The position numbers and the translations under genes were made by a program. Below the pieces are notes generated by a model. That model was not told where the DNA came from. It saw nothing but the letters and a program-made list of their open reading frames with translations, and searched no databases. From an uncultured virus (IMG/VR IMGVR_UViG_2061766007_000697) (lineage: Duplodnaviria; Heunggongvirae; Uroviricota; Caudoviricetes): a DNA stretch of 64,000 bases. Of the stretch, positions 1 to 12,735 are shown piece by piece (positions within the stretch are counted from its first letter, which is position 1; each line of letters opens with the position of its first letter). The stretch is from the IMG/VR virus record IMGVR_UViG_2061766007_000697. One strand, written 5' to 3'.

Positions 1-318
1 ACCATTACAAAAACCGGTGTAACCTGTGATATCTGCCCAACAGATATAGTTGGATACTACAGATTTAGCGGCACAGAACAGCATCCTGTGACAACTGCGG
101 ATGTATCTGTAACAGTACCTTCCAACACAAGCACTAACATCTATTTGCATGTTATGGGAACAAACTCTGCTGAAATTAATACAACAGCAACACCGACCGG
201 CACACCGAAACCATATACAGTCTGGCTCGGGCGGATAACAAAGGATGCAGACGGTGTTGTAACCCATATTGATCAAATCCATTATGGTGAAGTATATGTA
301 GACGGTCGCTGGATGTAA
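1..318 (+). CDS. Tail/structural protein, C-terminal part (5' truncated)
   Basis: Frame open from base 1; Thr-rich; ends IDQIHYGEVYVDGRWM, similar to the C-terminus of the 3571-6964 gene. Confidence 0.55.
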   Translation, partial: TITKTGVTCDICPTDIVGYYRFSGTEQHPVTTADVSVTVPSNTSTNIYLHVMGTNSAEINTTATPTGTPKPYTVWLGRITKDADGVVTHIDQIHYGEVYVDGRWM

Positions 319-373
319 TCGCTTTGACCTCTACCTTTTCATAAAATAGAACGAACTAACTGGAGACTTTTCT

Positions 374-3300
374 ATGGTCGTTTATGATTATATTGCCGGT
401 GAGGCCTACGTCCCGACTAAAGTTAAGCTGCACGATCCTGCTGGTGAAGGTGCAAAATCCCTATATCCAGTAACCGTGCTCGGTGCTATCGTAGCCGGCC
501 TGGATACAGAAGATGCCTTAGCCACCAATATCGCTAATCAGTCCAATCAGATTAAGTATAAATACCTTGAGCCTTTCTATCAGTCCGGCAACCAGGGTAA
601 GATCTATAATGACTATCTGAATATTGCCTTTACAGCCGGAACTAACAAGATTGATTCCTCCAGCTTGAACATCTTCAATGGTGAAGGTAAGATCATGTCC
701 GATCTGTTGCCTAGTTTCGTTGACGATGTCGTGGAGGTGCCTGTTCTTGGCGGCACTGGATATCCAGATGCCAATCTCTTTATCCGCGTAGGCGAGAATG
801 ATCAGGGCGTAACAACTTATACGTTCTATACAAAGGGTGACAACAATAACTGGGTCNNNNNNNNNNNNNNNNNNNNNNNNNNNGCGGTGTTGGTGACGGT
901 TCTATCTACAGATGTGTAACAGGCTCAACCTCTACAGCGATCAAGATCTCCGAGAACCCATATGCCATAGACCAGACCGCAACGAACGGTGTTTCTCTTA
1001 GCACAGACAATGGCAACCTTAAAGCGGTTGCTGATAGTGCAACCTATGGCCGGTTCGGTACAGTCAGAATCAGCAACGCAGCTACGAACAACGTTGCCCT
1101 GACTTGCACAGATGGTATTGTAGCTGTATCGGCCGGTGTCGGTGCTGCTACGTTGCCTNNNNNNNNNNNNNNNNNNNNNNNNNNNNNNNNNNNNNNNNNN
1201 AATGAGAATGTAGGCGCTGGTGCGCTTGCTTACACTGTTCCTACTGCCGGTTACATGCAGTCGTATGTGAGTTCTGTACTGACCGGCATTGACTTCGCTA
1301 CATCCAGCATCCCCGGTATTGTCCAGATAGGCAGCAACATTGATGTAGGGGCTTCTGGCCTCATCAGTGTTAATTCTGCTGCTAGTGAGCGTTATGGTGT
1401 TGTAAAGATCATTGATACTATAGCTGATACTGCTGCTGGTAATACAGGCAATACAGATAAAGCAGTTACTCTTGGCGGTATTTCCAGTTATATTNNNNNN
1501 NNNNNNNNNNNNNNNGAAAGTGCTCCTTGAGGGACCTGGTGTTAATATCACTGCAACTAACACCGGTGATGTCATCAGCGTCGATGCAGAGGCGCCCCTT
1601 ACTTTTACGAATGATATCCTTGCAGGTAATCAGAAGCTGACTATCAACGATGCTACCACAGGTGCCCGAGGCGTGGTTATCTATACAGGTGACTATGCAG
1701 CCATAGAAGACAGCATCGTGTCAGACGCAAACGGACATCCTATTGTTGTCAATGCCAAGGCTGTCCATGATTATGTGCAGAACCTGGTTGCAGGCTGTCC
1801 TATTCCTACAGATTCTGAGCGAGGTGGCATTCGCATCTCTGCTGCACAGACAGGTCTTAGTCTTACAGGAAATCCTGGCGATATTCTTAAGATCAACAGA
1901 ACAGCGCCTCTGTATGTTGATGACAATAATAACCTGGCTATTTCCAGTGGTACGCTTGCTGGCAGTGGTGCTGTTAATGTTGTTTCTACCGGCGCACAGA
2001 TGGAGACCGAGGATTATGCCACTTATGTTCCCCAGAATCGGGCTGTACTTGATTATATAGCAGGCCTTACATTTGGTACCACTTACGAATTCACAAGTGG
2101 TACTACAGAGATAAATGGTGTGGTTAAAGCTGTTGTCAATGCTACAACATATCCCTGGATGGTACTGGACGCTAATGGTGTTGGTGTGAGTTCGGCTACG
2201 GATGGTGGTTATGGTGTTGCAGCTCTGGCTATAGATGCTACTGCCATAGGTACAGTTACAGCGGCCAATTCGACTTATGTGCCTACGGTTAAAGCGGTAA
2301 GCGGATATTTAGCAACGAATTACCAGCCTAAAGGCACCTATCAATCTGCGCTGTCCTTTGAGAGCGGCGTAACAAGTGCCAACAATACAGTTAAGGCTGT
2401 TGTCAATGCTACAACATATCCCTGGATGGTTCTCGGGGCTAATGGCATTGGTGTAAGCTCGGCTATGGATGGTGGTTATGGTGTTGTAGCACTTGCTACG
2501 ACATCTGGTGGTATTTCTTCGTTTGATGCGGCAACGTCGAATTATGTGCCTACTGTTAAAGCGGTCAAAGGCTTCGTTTCTACCTATGTCGCAGAAGCAG
2601 GCGCACAAGGGGCTCTTACGGAGGGTCCTGGTATCTGGATCGGTGATGTAACAGAAGGTGCTGTTACTACCAGCAACGTGATCAGTGCTAGGGTTTATGA
2701 TGGCTCTGGTGGTATCACGTTCGATGAGAACAATCTTGTTCTGCGGTCTGCTGCTTATGTGGATACCTCTAACGGGTCTGCGCATAATGATACCTTTGTT
2801 CCTCTTGGCGGTGTTAGGGTTTACTCTGGAGGTGGACTGCTTGTAAATAATGGCGTTATGGCCCTTGCTGTTGGCAGCGGTAGCCTTGGCGGTGTCATCG
2901 TTCCTACGACAGCTAACACATCCTCTGGTGTTCATGTTGATGCAAGCGGCAACCTTAAACTGAACGCTGCGACAGCACAGTACCTGGGTGGTATTAGACT
3001 CGCCGATACTAAAACAGGCCTCGCTGTAAGTGCAAGCGAGATCCTGCGCATCGATGCAACACTACCGCTTGACATAGACGCCAATAATAAGCTTATTGTC
3101 AGTAAAGCAGCCGGTGTTACCAGTTCGGGTGTTGTTACTGTTCTGAGCAATACCACACAGATAAATGCCTATTCAGCCACCACTGCAGCTGTTCCAAACG
3201 CTGCCGGTCTTATTGATTATGTTAGCAGTGCTATTACAGGCACTGATATAGTGACGCTAGATGGCGATGGTTTATATTGGAGTGGTACAACGCTTAATGC

Positions 3301-3551
3301 CGGTGCAACTTATCCTTTGGTTGCAGCTGCTGATGCTATTGGTGTTCACACAGCTGCTGCTGAGCATGGCACCACACTTACCAGCGGTGCCCTTGGTGTT
3401 GTCTATGTGCGTGATGCCANNNNNNNNNNGCACGCTTGAAGCCAATACTGTTCCAAATGAAATGGCTGTCAGAAAACTCGTTGATAGCACAAGCACATCC
3501 ATCATAACCGAGATGGACAACCGGATGTACATAACCTATACTGCGGTTTAA
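374..3551 (+). CDS. Long tail fibre/adhesin-like protein (joined across N gaps)
   Basis: Gly/Ala/Thr/Val-rich with repeated AT..xxGxV/GGI motifs typical of phage fibres; ORF pieces 374-919, 1153-1530, 1472-3439 and 3431-3551 are separated only by N gaps. Confidence 0.65.
2090..2580 (+). repeat. Internal tandem duplication in fibre gene (267-nt / 89-aa period)
   Basis: gctgttgtcaatgctacaacatatccctggatggt occurs near 2129 and 2396; protein VKAVVNATTYPWMVLxANGxGVSSAxDGGYGV...YVPTVKAV is repeated. Confidence 0.9.
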
Positions 3552-3570
3552 TATAGCAAAGGAGTTCTAA

Positions 3571-6500
3571 ATGGCAACTTCTACTTTCATTAGTAGCAGC
3601 CTTGTATCCAGCAATGTATACCTTTGGGATAAATATGGATCCAATGCTTACCTGAACGGCGGTATTGCTCTTACCAGAAAAGCGGCGGCCGATGCANNNN
3701 NNNNNNNNNNNNNNNNNNNCAGATTTACCAATACAGCTACGCCTAAACTGTATGATCCTATCTATGCAACCGCAGCCGCGACTGATCAGACTGTAGTTAC
3801 GTCTGTTACATCTGTTGGTGCTACTGGCATTTATGCTGGTGGCAGCGGCTTGCTTCTAGCGCCCACNNNNNNNNNNNNNNNNNNNNNNNNNNNNNNNNNN
3901 NNNNNNNNNNNNNNNNNNNNNNNNNNNNNNNNNNNNNNNNNNNNNNNNNNNNNNNNNNNNNNTCTCGTCAAGGTTTCAAGTGGAGAGCCTACACCGATGA
4001 CATATGAGCTGACCAGCACGATGTATGGCAATATGTTCTCGCCAAATGCAAGCGCTGAGGTTGAATCTGTTGGTATCAGTACAGGTTATGGNNNNNNNNN
4101 NNNNNNNNNNNNNNNNNNNNTGTTGTGCCTACGATAAGAGCAGAAGTGCCGCCCGGAGCTTTAACTATCCCCAGTGAATCTGCTGCAGCTATAGCTCTTG
4201 CATACAAGCAGGATAAACTCACTGTTGTAGGCGGCGGTGAGATGTTGCACATAGATAGTAATAGCTATTTACACATCTCAAGTACAGGAGCCATTGCGCT
4301 AACATCTTCAGCCGGCTGGGATCATAAGATACCGTCAGAGATGGCTGNNNNNNNNNNNNNNNNNNNNNNNNNNNNNNNNNNNNNNNNNNNNNNNNNNNNN
4401 NNNNNNNNNNNNNNNNNNNNNNNNNNNNNNNNNNNNNNNNNNNNNNNNNNNNNNNNNNNNACCTATAATAGTGAGGGTATGATAAGACCTGTCCTTGGCG
4501 GCGGTCTTGTTATAACAGATGCTGCGCATGCAGACCTCTCTGTAGCTAGTGCAACATCTGCGGTGTTCGGTGGCATTCGCCTCGGTTCCAATTTTTACAC
4601 AACTTCTAGAACAGTGGAAGTGGATCATGTTAGTGTACTGGTTTCACACTGCCTAACACTGTCTGCAGCGACAACCGATGTCCTTGGCGGTATCACGGTA
4701 CCGACAGGAAATGGCGGCCTCGTATTATCAAGTGGTGCTTTGTCACTCAATGTAGCATCTTCTTATGAAGATTACACAGTTGCTGCTGCAGGCACATATG
4801 GTGGCGTAAAAGTCGTGAGGACAATTGCGGGCACAACTGTGAATAATTATCTTTATTCTGGTTATGTTCCCAGCGTTCAGGCTGTGTATGACCATGTGTC
4901 TGGTTTATTGACTTCTTATACAGATACAGTTACGCTAAATGCCAATTTTGCGTCAAAAGCACCACCAAGCGACCAAAATGCTGGTATCATTATTCCAGGT
5001 TCCGGGCTCGATCCAGATGGTTATGTGGTCAATTTAGCGGCAGCANNNNNNNNNNNNNNNNNNNNNNNNNNGGCTAACTGTTGGAACTGGGGGAACACTT
5101 ACCCTATCGAAAGCGCCAGTCTCATCGACGTTCGGGGCAGTAAGTACGACTTTGACCAATAGCGCCATTGGCGGTGTTGTCGTTATGATGGGGGATCTTG
5201 GTGCCTCTGCAGGAAATTGGTCAGACATAGCCCAAGATGCCCCAGTCGTTCCTAATATAAGCGCCATGAAACAGTACACAGCTGCGAATTATGTCAGTAA
5301 AACCGATTATGCTACCACTACAAGTGCCGGTATAGTTCAACCATCTACTGGTTTAGCTATGACTGCAACTAGTAAATTAGTGCTACAGCCAGCTACTGAC
5401 AGCGTTATAGGTGGTGTATCTGTGCCAGCCTATGCTGGGCTTGATATTGGAGCCGCAGGAGAGTTGGGCTTAAATGCAGAGCAGATAGACGAGTGTAGAA
5501 TCACGACCAATGTGATGTATGATGCAAATACACGTCGTGTCAAGATAAATAAAATATTGGTTGTGGATCCAAGTGGAGCCATTTTAGCATATAGAGATAG
5601 CTATCTAGCTAATTGTACAGCATCCACAGACAAAACTATCTATGTCTCTGTGACGAAAGATGCCAGTAGAACATATACTTACTATGCTACATCTGGGAGC
5701 GGTTATCAGTGGAAATCTGGATCTACGTCTTGCTATACTAAAGAGAGAAGCCCATTAGTGGGATCATTGATATACAATGATAATAGTCTGACAATTGTAG
5801 CTGGACAGATTACATCAATTAGTGGTAGTACATCTATAACTGCTACTAAACACACAATAAGTGTAGGATCGTCGTATTATGCACCGACAGCAACTACAAC
5901 CTATTTCCCTATAGCTCGGGTGTTAACAGATGCTTCATATAATACAACTATATATCAGATACAGGGTGGGCCTATTATAAGTGGCCTAGAAACCGGTGGC
6001 CTTGAAAGTTTTACAGTATCTCCAGGCACAGGAATTAATATAACAGGCTCATCTGCAACAGGTTGTACTGTATCTCTAGCTGGAGAGGTTGCTGGCAGTT
6101 ATAACGGACCATTCCAAGTATCCTCAACGGGTACTGGTGCTAATAATGCACTGACTGTTAATCTTAAAGATGGTTTATACACGTCTACGATAAGTCCTGG
6201 CACGGCAGATGAACAAACTGTGTATGGTGCTGGTATTGTTAGCTGCCTGGATGACAGCTATTTGATACGTGGAGCAACCTTTTCTGATNNNNNNNNNNNN
6301 NNNNNNNNNNNNNNNNNNNNNNNNNNNNNNNNNNGGCACAGTGACCGGTGTTGTGCCACATACTGCCAAGTTTAATATAGGTGCTTCCCCAGAAGCATAT
6401 GCCACCGATGCCGGTGGTTTCGCTACACTGTTAGCAAAAAATTCTGGAGGGAAACTTATACAGATACAATACGGGGATATAACCAGCAATCACTGGGGCG

Positions 6501-6964
6501 ATGACTATAAACTAGACTATACGATTAGTCGTGTTCCGATAACTGGAGCACCTGTGGGTTATTTAGGCTATAGATTTATAGTTTATAATGGCGGTAAAAT
6601 TATNNNNNNNNNNNNNNNNNNNNNNNNNNNNNNNTAAAATATCCAAAGAATGCAGATGTAAATTCGTCTGATTCCTTGTATTATAACAGATCTGTGCACA
6701 CAGGCGGTTATATGGAAGTCTGGCTGAATATCTGGAGTGGGANNNNNNNNNNNNNNNNNNNNNNNNNNNNNNNNNNNNNNNNNNNNNNNGAACCCAACTG
6801 CTTCAGCATGGCGCTATGTGTGTGACTCGCTTTGTTACGAGATGGATACAGCCAGAACATACGCAAAGAATGCATATTCAATACAACTCGCTTATATAAC
6901 GAATAATGGAGCTCCAATACAGATACAAAAAGGAGCAATAGACGTTAGAGGACGGTGGGCATAA
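3571..6964 (+). CDS. Second tail fibre-like protein (joined across N gaps)
   Basis: RBS aaaggag before ATG 3571; ATxxxxGGI repeats; C-terminus IQIQKGAIDVRGRWA. Confidence 0.6.
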
Positions 6965-9793
6965 TGGCAGTTAACCCAAATAAGAACGGCANNNNNNNNN
7001 NNNNNNNNNNNNNNNNNNNNNNNNNNNNNNNNNNNNNNNNNNNNNNNNNNNNNNNNNNNNNNNNNNNNNNNNNNNNNNNNNNNNNNNNNNNNNNNNNNNN
7101 NNNNNNNNNNNNNNNNNNNNNNNNNNNNNNGACAGGTTTATCGTGGGTGCCAGAAGCCCAGGACGCGCAAGGTATCTATTCTTCGAATGCTGCGAATGCG
7201 ACGCAAACGGAAAAAGTAGCTAATAATATAGCCACACACGGTGGTGTATCTACTATCTTTACCTCCGTTAATGATCCTACTATGACTGTTCCGGGTACGG
7301 CAGCNNNNNNNNNNNNNNNNNNNNNNNNNNNNNNNNNNNNNNNNNNNNNNNNNNNNNNNNNNNNNNNNNNNNNNNNNNNNNNNNNNNNNNNNNGTCAATT
7401 ATTCTTTTACTGATCTGGCAGCAGATGCCAAGGTTCGCGCTGGCAACGATATAGCATATACCCCGTCTTTCGGTGGCGCTAATATAAAAGGTACTATGGT
7501 AAATGCCTATCCAGTAGAGTGGGCTAAGGAACGTAAATGGATGCTTGATGAATTAAAATATACAACACAGGAATCCGCATATACAAAGCCAGATGCTTTA
7601 GGCAGGAATATAGAGTTTACAGAGACCGGATCTAGAACGCCTGTGGCATCTGTTGAATCTTGCAGAGCGTTCGAGTACTCTAATGCTAGTTCATCTACTA
7701 ATCCAACCTATGCGNNNNNNNNNNNNNNNNNNNNNNNNNCAAACAGGTATAGGTCGTTGCTTTTATACTATAATGACTGCAAAAACAACTAGTGGATCGG
7801 ATGAATCTACACATAGAGAGACGTGGCAACTAGATGGCTGGAGTCCTCGCTATTATGACTATGGGGATGAGGGTGATACTTACTCATGGTTAAAAGAAGG
7901 AGACAACACAGTATGGACAGTTGTTCCTAATGACCCAAAGATTTTGAATAAAGCTATAAATATTTCGGTATTGTTCGGGCAAGGAACTGTACTAAAGAAT
8001 GACTACCAAAGCTATAGTTATAGCTCTGCAATAAGCGGACATATTATATCTGGAACAACAGCAGTCACAGGAGCTAGTACAGACACGAACCATGTGAGCT
8101 ATGAGGTTAAATCTGGAGGGACATTGACTGTACCTTCTGGTCAACAACCATTTGCTATAGTAGTAAGTTCTGGTGGCACGGTACAAGTCAACAACGGTGG
8201 ATTGATTCANNNNNNNNNNNNNNNNNNNNTCCAAATGTTATGAACCTAAGCATGAGCGGTTTTTATCCAGATGCCCCTAAGATTACGACTATACAGTGGC
8301 CATTTGGTAATGCGTATGCCAGTGCATCTGTTGTAAATGCTGGGGTTTCTTATTCTTCTAGTATAGCCGCTACGCCCTATAGTACGAATTTAACTGAAAA
8401 AGATTATTATATAAGTGGCGCTACATTCAACTATGCTGTAGCAACCGGTGGTACGACAGAAATAAATGCAGAAAGCTGTCACTTTATAGTAGAAAAAGGC
8501 GGAACTTTGACTTTCGGCGGTGTAGATTCCGATGCTACCGCGATAATAAAGAGTTCGTTTATAAAGGTGTTGTCTGGTGGCGTGGTTGAGATGCGAGACT
8601 ATTCTAAATTANNNNNNNNNNNNNNNNNNNNNNNNNNNNNNNNNNNNNNNNNNNNNNNNNNNNNNNNNNNNNNNNNNNNNNNNNNNNNNNNNNNNNNNNN
8701 NNNNNNNNNNNNNNNNNNNNNNNNNNNNNNNNNNNNNNNNNNNNNNNNNNNNNNNNNNNNNNNNNNNNNNNNNNNNNNNNNNNNNNNNNNNNNNNNNNNN
8801 NNNNNNNNNNNNNNNNNNNNNNNNNNNNNNNNNNNNNNNNNNNNNNNNNNNNNNNNNNNNNNNNNNNNNNNNNNNNNNNNNNNNNNNNNNNNNNNNNNNN
8901 NNNNNNNNNNNNNNNNNNNNNNNNNNNNNNNNNNNNNNNNNNNNNNNNNNNNNNNNNNNNNNNNNNNNNNNNNNNNNNNNNNNNNNNNNNNNNNNNNNNN
9001 NNNNNNNNNNNNNNNNNNNNNNNNNNNNNNNNNNNNNNNNNNNNNNNNNNNNNNNNNNNNNNNNNNNNNNNNNNNNNNNNNNNNNNNNNNNNNNNNNNNN
9101 NNNNNNNNNNNNNNNNNNNNNNNNNNNNNNNNNNNNNNNNNNNNNNNNNNNNNNNNNNNNNNNNNNNNNNNNNNNNNNNNNNNNNNNNNNNNNNNNNNNN
9201 NNNNNNNNNNNNNNNNNNNNNNNNNNNNNNNNNNNNNNNNNNNNNNNNNNNNNNNNNNNNNNNNNNNNNNNNNNNNNNNNNNNNNNNNNNNNNNNNNNNN
9301 NNNNNNNNNNNNNNNNNNNNNNNNNNNNNNNNNNNNNNNNNNNNNNNNNNNNNNNNNNNNNNNNNNNNNNNNNNNNNNNNNNNNNNNNNNNNNNNNNNNN
9401 NNNNNNNNNNNNNNNNNNNNNNNNNNNNNNNNNNNNNNNNNNNNNNNNNNNNNNNNNNNNNNNNNNNNNNNNNNNNNNNNNNNNNNNNNNNNNNNNNNNN
9501 NNNNNNNNNNNNNNNNNNNNNNNNNNNNNNNNNNNNNNNNNNNNNNNNNNNNNNNNNNNNNNNNNNNNNNNNNNNNNNNNNNAGGAGTGAGCCGGTGGTA
9601 CTGCTACTGCTATCTCGATGTCATCCGGCGAACGCCTTGCAATGGTTCCGGGTTCTGGTGAGCTTATTTTGGACACGACATTACATATGCTATTTGTTGG
9701 TGATGGGACTACTGTTGAAGGTATTATGGTAGAAGGTGGTGGCTCTGGTGGAGACTTCACAAGTGTAACATTCTGGCAATCTGCAACAATTTA
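6964..9793 (+). CDS. Putative tail/adhesin protein with AIDA-like VSSGG repeats (gapped; may be more than one gene)
   Basis: Segments EVKSGGTLTV, VVSSGGTVQVNNGG, KVLSGGVV; ~1 kb gap inside. Confidence 0.45.
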
Positions 9794-9804
9794 AGGATAA
9801 TATT

Positions 9805-10020
9805 ATGATTGATTACGTCTATTTGAAGAATATCAACGGAGAGCTGATCAAGCCGGTTACTGATCTGGCTGCCATCAACCTTACCACGATCAATGGAGTC
9901 GTCGTACAAGGAAATACTATCGGCATCATGAGTGATTACATCACCAGTTGCTATCACGATGAAATGGTTGTACACACGACTGCTGGACAGGTAGTGAGCT
10001 CTGGTGCTGTACCATCGTAA
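9805..10020 (+). CDS. Small tail-associated hypothetical protein
   Basis: RBS aagga; 71 aa; N-terminal YLKN..ELIKPVT resembles the N-terminus of the 374 gene. Confidence 0.55.
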   Translation: MIDYVYLKNINGELIKPVTDLAAINLTTINGVVVQGNTIGIMSDYITSCYHDEMVVHTTAGQVVSSGAVPS

Positions 10021-10055
10021 GACCCACAGTAAGATTCTATCGGCAGTATATAGTT

Positions 10056-10085
10056 AAGGCCTCCTGAGTTGGAGGCCTTTCTTTT
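10056..10085 (+). terminator. Intrinsic terminator after the tail operon
   Basis: aaggcctcc-tgagtt-ggaggcctt followed by tctttt. Confidence 0.75.
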
Positions 10086-10236
10086 GCGCATTACTGCTAT
10101 TTGATTACTACAGCGGAAACCTGTCAAGAAGACAACCAAGGCTATGAATACGATAATCATGAAATACAGAAAGACAGCTCAGCCAGATCGTCGAAGTCTT
10201 TGGGTTTATCGGATTCATCATATAGTCGTGCGACTC

Positions 10237-10668
10237 CTACCGGATACCCGTTGCTGCGCTTTTAGTCNNNNNNNNNNNNNNNNNNNNNNNNNNNNNNNNN
10301 NNNNNNNNNNNNNNNNNNNNNNNNNNNNNNNNNNNNNNNNNNNNNNNNNNNNNACCAAGCGCTTTTATATCGGACTTGATAATCTTGATAGCCTCTGCTG
10401 CTACTATTGCCGTATCAAAGATCATCCCGATATCGTCCGTCCTGAAATAACAGTGGCCAGGCGTCTCTTCTTCCGGCAGCTCTTCCATCTCTGCCACAGA
10501 GCATATATGGCTAAGCCTGTATTTAGGCACAGTAGGATCTTTCGATTTCGGCAAAGTCTCGATCGCGAACACTTTAGGCGACAATGATTCGCTCGTAGTG
10601 GTCATGTGCACATATATACTACCTGCAATCGTTGTCGTTACTTCCACTTTAATTGTTATATAAGCCAT
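10237..10668 (-). CDS. Hypothetical protein
   Basis: RBS (gagga) upstream on minus strand; protein-like composition. Confidence 0.6.
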   Translation of the reverse strand: MAYITIKVEVTTTIAGSIYVHMTTTSESLSPKVFAIETLPKSKDPTVPKYRLSHICSVAEMEELPEEETPGHCYFRTDDIGMIFDTAIVAAEAIKIIKSDIKALGXXXXXXXXXXXXXXXXXXXXXXXXXXXXXTKSAATGIR

Positions 10669-10675
10669 ATTATCC

Positions 10676-10909
10676 TCATTTAATCAATACACCGCATATA
10701 ACAGTCGGCAACGCAAACAATTTGCTGCAGTGTTCCACAAACTTAGGGTCGTTCATGTATTTGACTACCGCTATACGCAGCAACTGATGCGCCTTCGCCT
10801 GTTTACCTGGGCAGACGCCGCATCTTTTCAACGCCGCTGACGCAGCGCTTATTAAAGGGTAGCCTGCAGGAGGATTGTTCAATAGCGTTATTGCATCTTT
10901 GGTAAGCAT
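10676..10909 (-). CDS. Hypothetical protein (CxxC)
   Basis: 77-aa ORF with agga RBS, in tandem with the downstream gene. Confidence 0.55.
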   Translation of the reverse strand: MLTKDAITLLNNPPAGYPLISAASAALKRCGVCPGKQAKAHQLLRIAVVKYMNDPKFVEHCSKLFALPTVICGVLIK

Positions 10910-10957
10910 GTTATCCTACTGCTACGTTAAATGTTGTCAACCGAAAGGACATATATA

Positions 10958-11896
10958 ATGGAACCGTTAAGCAAAGAGTGTTTTGCAGACCAGTACAACT
11001 GCAAGTATCCTATACACACTAAAGAAGCCGCGTATAACTCTTTTCAGGATTACTGCAAGGAGAAGAGCTCTATCGCAGCTGAACTGAAGCCAGAAATCGA
11101 AGCCAATTTTCAGAAAGCCGCCTCTTTCCATGAGATTGAACTGGCTGAACCTGTCGTTAAAAAAGCCAGCCGCGAGATGCATACACTTGCAGAGGAAGGC
11201 GCTGAAGAGGGTGTCTCTATGCCTATTATCTCCTCAGTAGAAGAGCTTAAGCAGTGCAAGGACTATATTCTTGAGAAACGAGCCTCTATGAGCTGCAAAT
11301 CCCTTAGAGAAGCCTCCAAATACCTTCTTTGGGGTGCTGCTAACTCCGACAGCGACCTTTCTGATCCGGATATGCGCAAAATCGCTATGCTGGCTGGTGT
11401 TGGCGTCGGCGATAAGGAAGAAATCCTTGAACAGTTCGATAAGAGAGCCACTCTGATCGAGCTTCCTGTGGATCAGCAAACTGGTTTCTGGGAGTTTTCG
11501 CGCAAACTGCACGATATTTCTGATGAAGAGTTCTATAAAGAAGCCACTTTGACCAAAATCTGCGATACGATGGATGAAATCGACCGCATGTATGGTCTTA
11601 ATACCCGATATGGACAGAAAGTGGGCGATTCCACGCTGATTGCACCCGAACAGGTATGTTTTGGCCAGAATATCGACGATCTGACCAAAGAAGCGGCTGA
11701 TATGCTTCATGTGGCGTCTATTGACACTGTTTTGAGCAAAAAGGCCGTTCTGGAGCGCAAAAAAGCCATAAATGGCTTCTTTGACAGCTATTTTGGCGAT
11801 GATCCGGTCGAAATTGATGCTGATTTGCTAGAAAAAGTGGCTACAATGGACAAAAATACCGCTAATGCGCTGCTGAAAGAGCTCGGAGAAGAGTGA
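10958..11896 (+). CDS. Hypothetical acidic protein with repeated K-x-A motifs (possible virion/head protein)
   Basis: aaagga RBS then ATG 10958; long ORF. Confidence 0.6.
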   Translation: MEPLSKECFADQYNCKYPIHTKEAAYNSFQDYCKEKSSIAAELKPEIEANFQKAASFHEIELAEPVVKKASREMHTLAEEGAEEGVSMPIISSVEELKQCKDYILEKRASMSCKSLREASKYLLWGAANSDSDLSDPDMRKIAMLAGVGVGDKEEILEQFDKRATLIELPVDQQTGFWEFSRKLHDISDEEFYKEATLTKICDTMDEIDRMYGLNTRYGQKVGDSTLIAPEQVCFGQNIDDLTKEAADMLHVASIDTVLSKKAVLERKKAINGFFDSYFGDDPVEIDADLLEKVATMDKNTANALLKELGEE

Positions 11897-11907
11897 AAGG
11901 AGCTCAA

Positions 11908-12528
11908 ATGAGCGATTTTCCACTTAATAGTCAGTGTTTTGTCACTCCTCTGGCCCTTACGGCTATCAAGTCGTTGGGGCTAGAGAGCCTTGAATGGGAG
12001 CCTGAAATCNNNNNNNNNNNNNNNNNNNNNNNNNNNNNNNNNNNNNNNNNNNNNNNNNNNNTCAACTGCGGTTATATGCTTATTGGAACCGATGCTTTCA
12101 GCTCTACAATCGAAGGATTCCTGTCTGCAACCGCCATTATGAACAATTTGGTGTTCGCGGAGGACGAAATTCCCTATTGTTCGCTGGATATGTGTGCTTG
12201 GAGCGTCTGGGAATATGGCCTTTTGATGGGAGAGCTGGAGGAAGGACGTTCCACAGCTGAATTTTCGCCCGATATTATCACCTATATACAGGAAGTAGGC
12301 AGAACTAACGGCGTTTATCAGTTCCCAAAGTGGCTCGAGTTCGCTAATCCACCTAAAGATGCGCTTCCAGACCTTACAGGAGACGTTGATTTGTTTGGCG
12401 CTTTCACCAAAAGACAGGAAAACTACATCAGCGATCTCAATGGTTTTGTCACCGAAANNNNNNNNNNNNNNNNNNNNNNNNNNNTTCAGCTTTTGCAGGA
12501 AAAGGGCATTTTAGGCCAAAAACCTTAA
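11908..12528 (+). CDS. Hypothetical protein
   Basis: aaaggag RBS; ORF continuous across gaps. Confidence 0.6.
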   Translation: MSDFPLNSQCFVTPLALTAIKSLGLESLEWEPEIXXXXXXXXXXXXXXXXXXNCGYMLIGTDAFSSTIEGFLSATAIMNNLVFAEDEIPYCSLDMCAWSVWEYGLLMGELEEGRSTAEFSPDIITYIQEVGRTNGVYQFPKWLEFANPPKDALPDLTGDVDLFGAFTKRQENYISDLNGFVTEXXXXXXXXXXQLLQEKGILGQKP

Positions 12529-12735
12529 AAAATAGCCTACTTATTGGCATAATAAGATGAGTGAAAGTTAAGCTTCACTCAACACCTGCAATCGGTGTAT
12601 AAAAGATTGCTCCTCGGGTCATGGATTAGTTGGCCCGGCGATTGCTTTTATTATTCACTCACAATAAGTGTTTGTTTATGTTAAAGGGACTGCAATTGCC
12701 TTTCTAACAATCAATCCAACCAAAGGAGGACAGCT

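Noticed and set aside
2090..2580. DGR template/variable repeat pair for the RT
   Set aside because: Both copies are in frame within one gene, differences are not adenine-specific, and the RT is retron-like with no Avd
8612..9582. Long poly-X ORFs in the ORF track
   Set aside because: Artefacts of N runs
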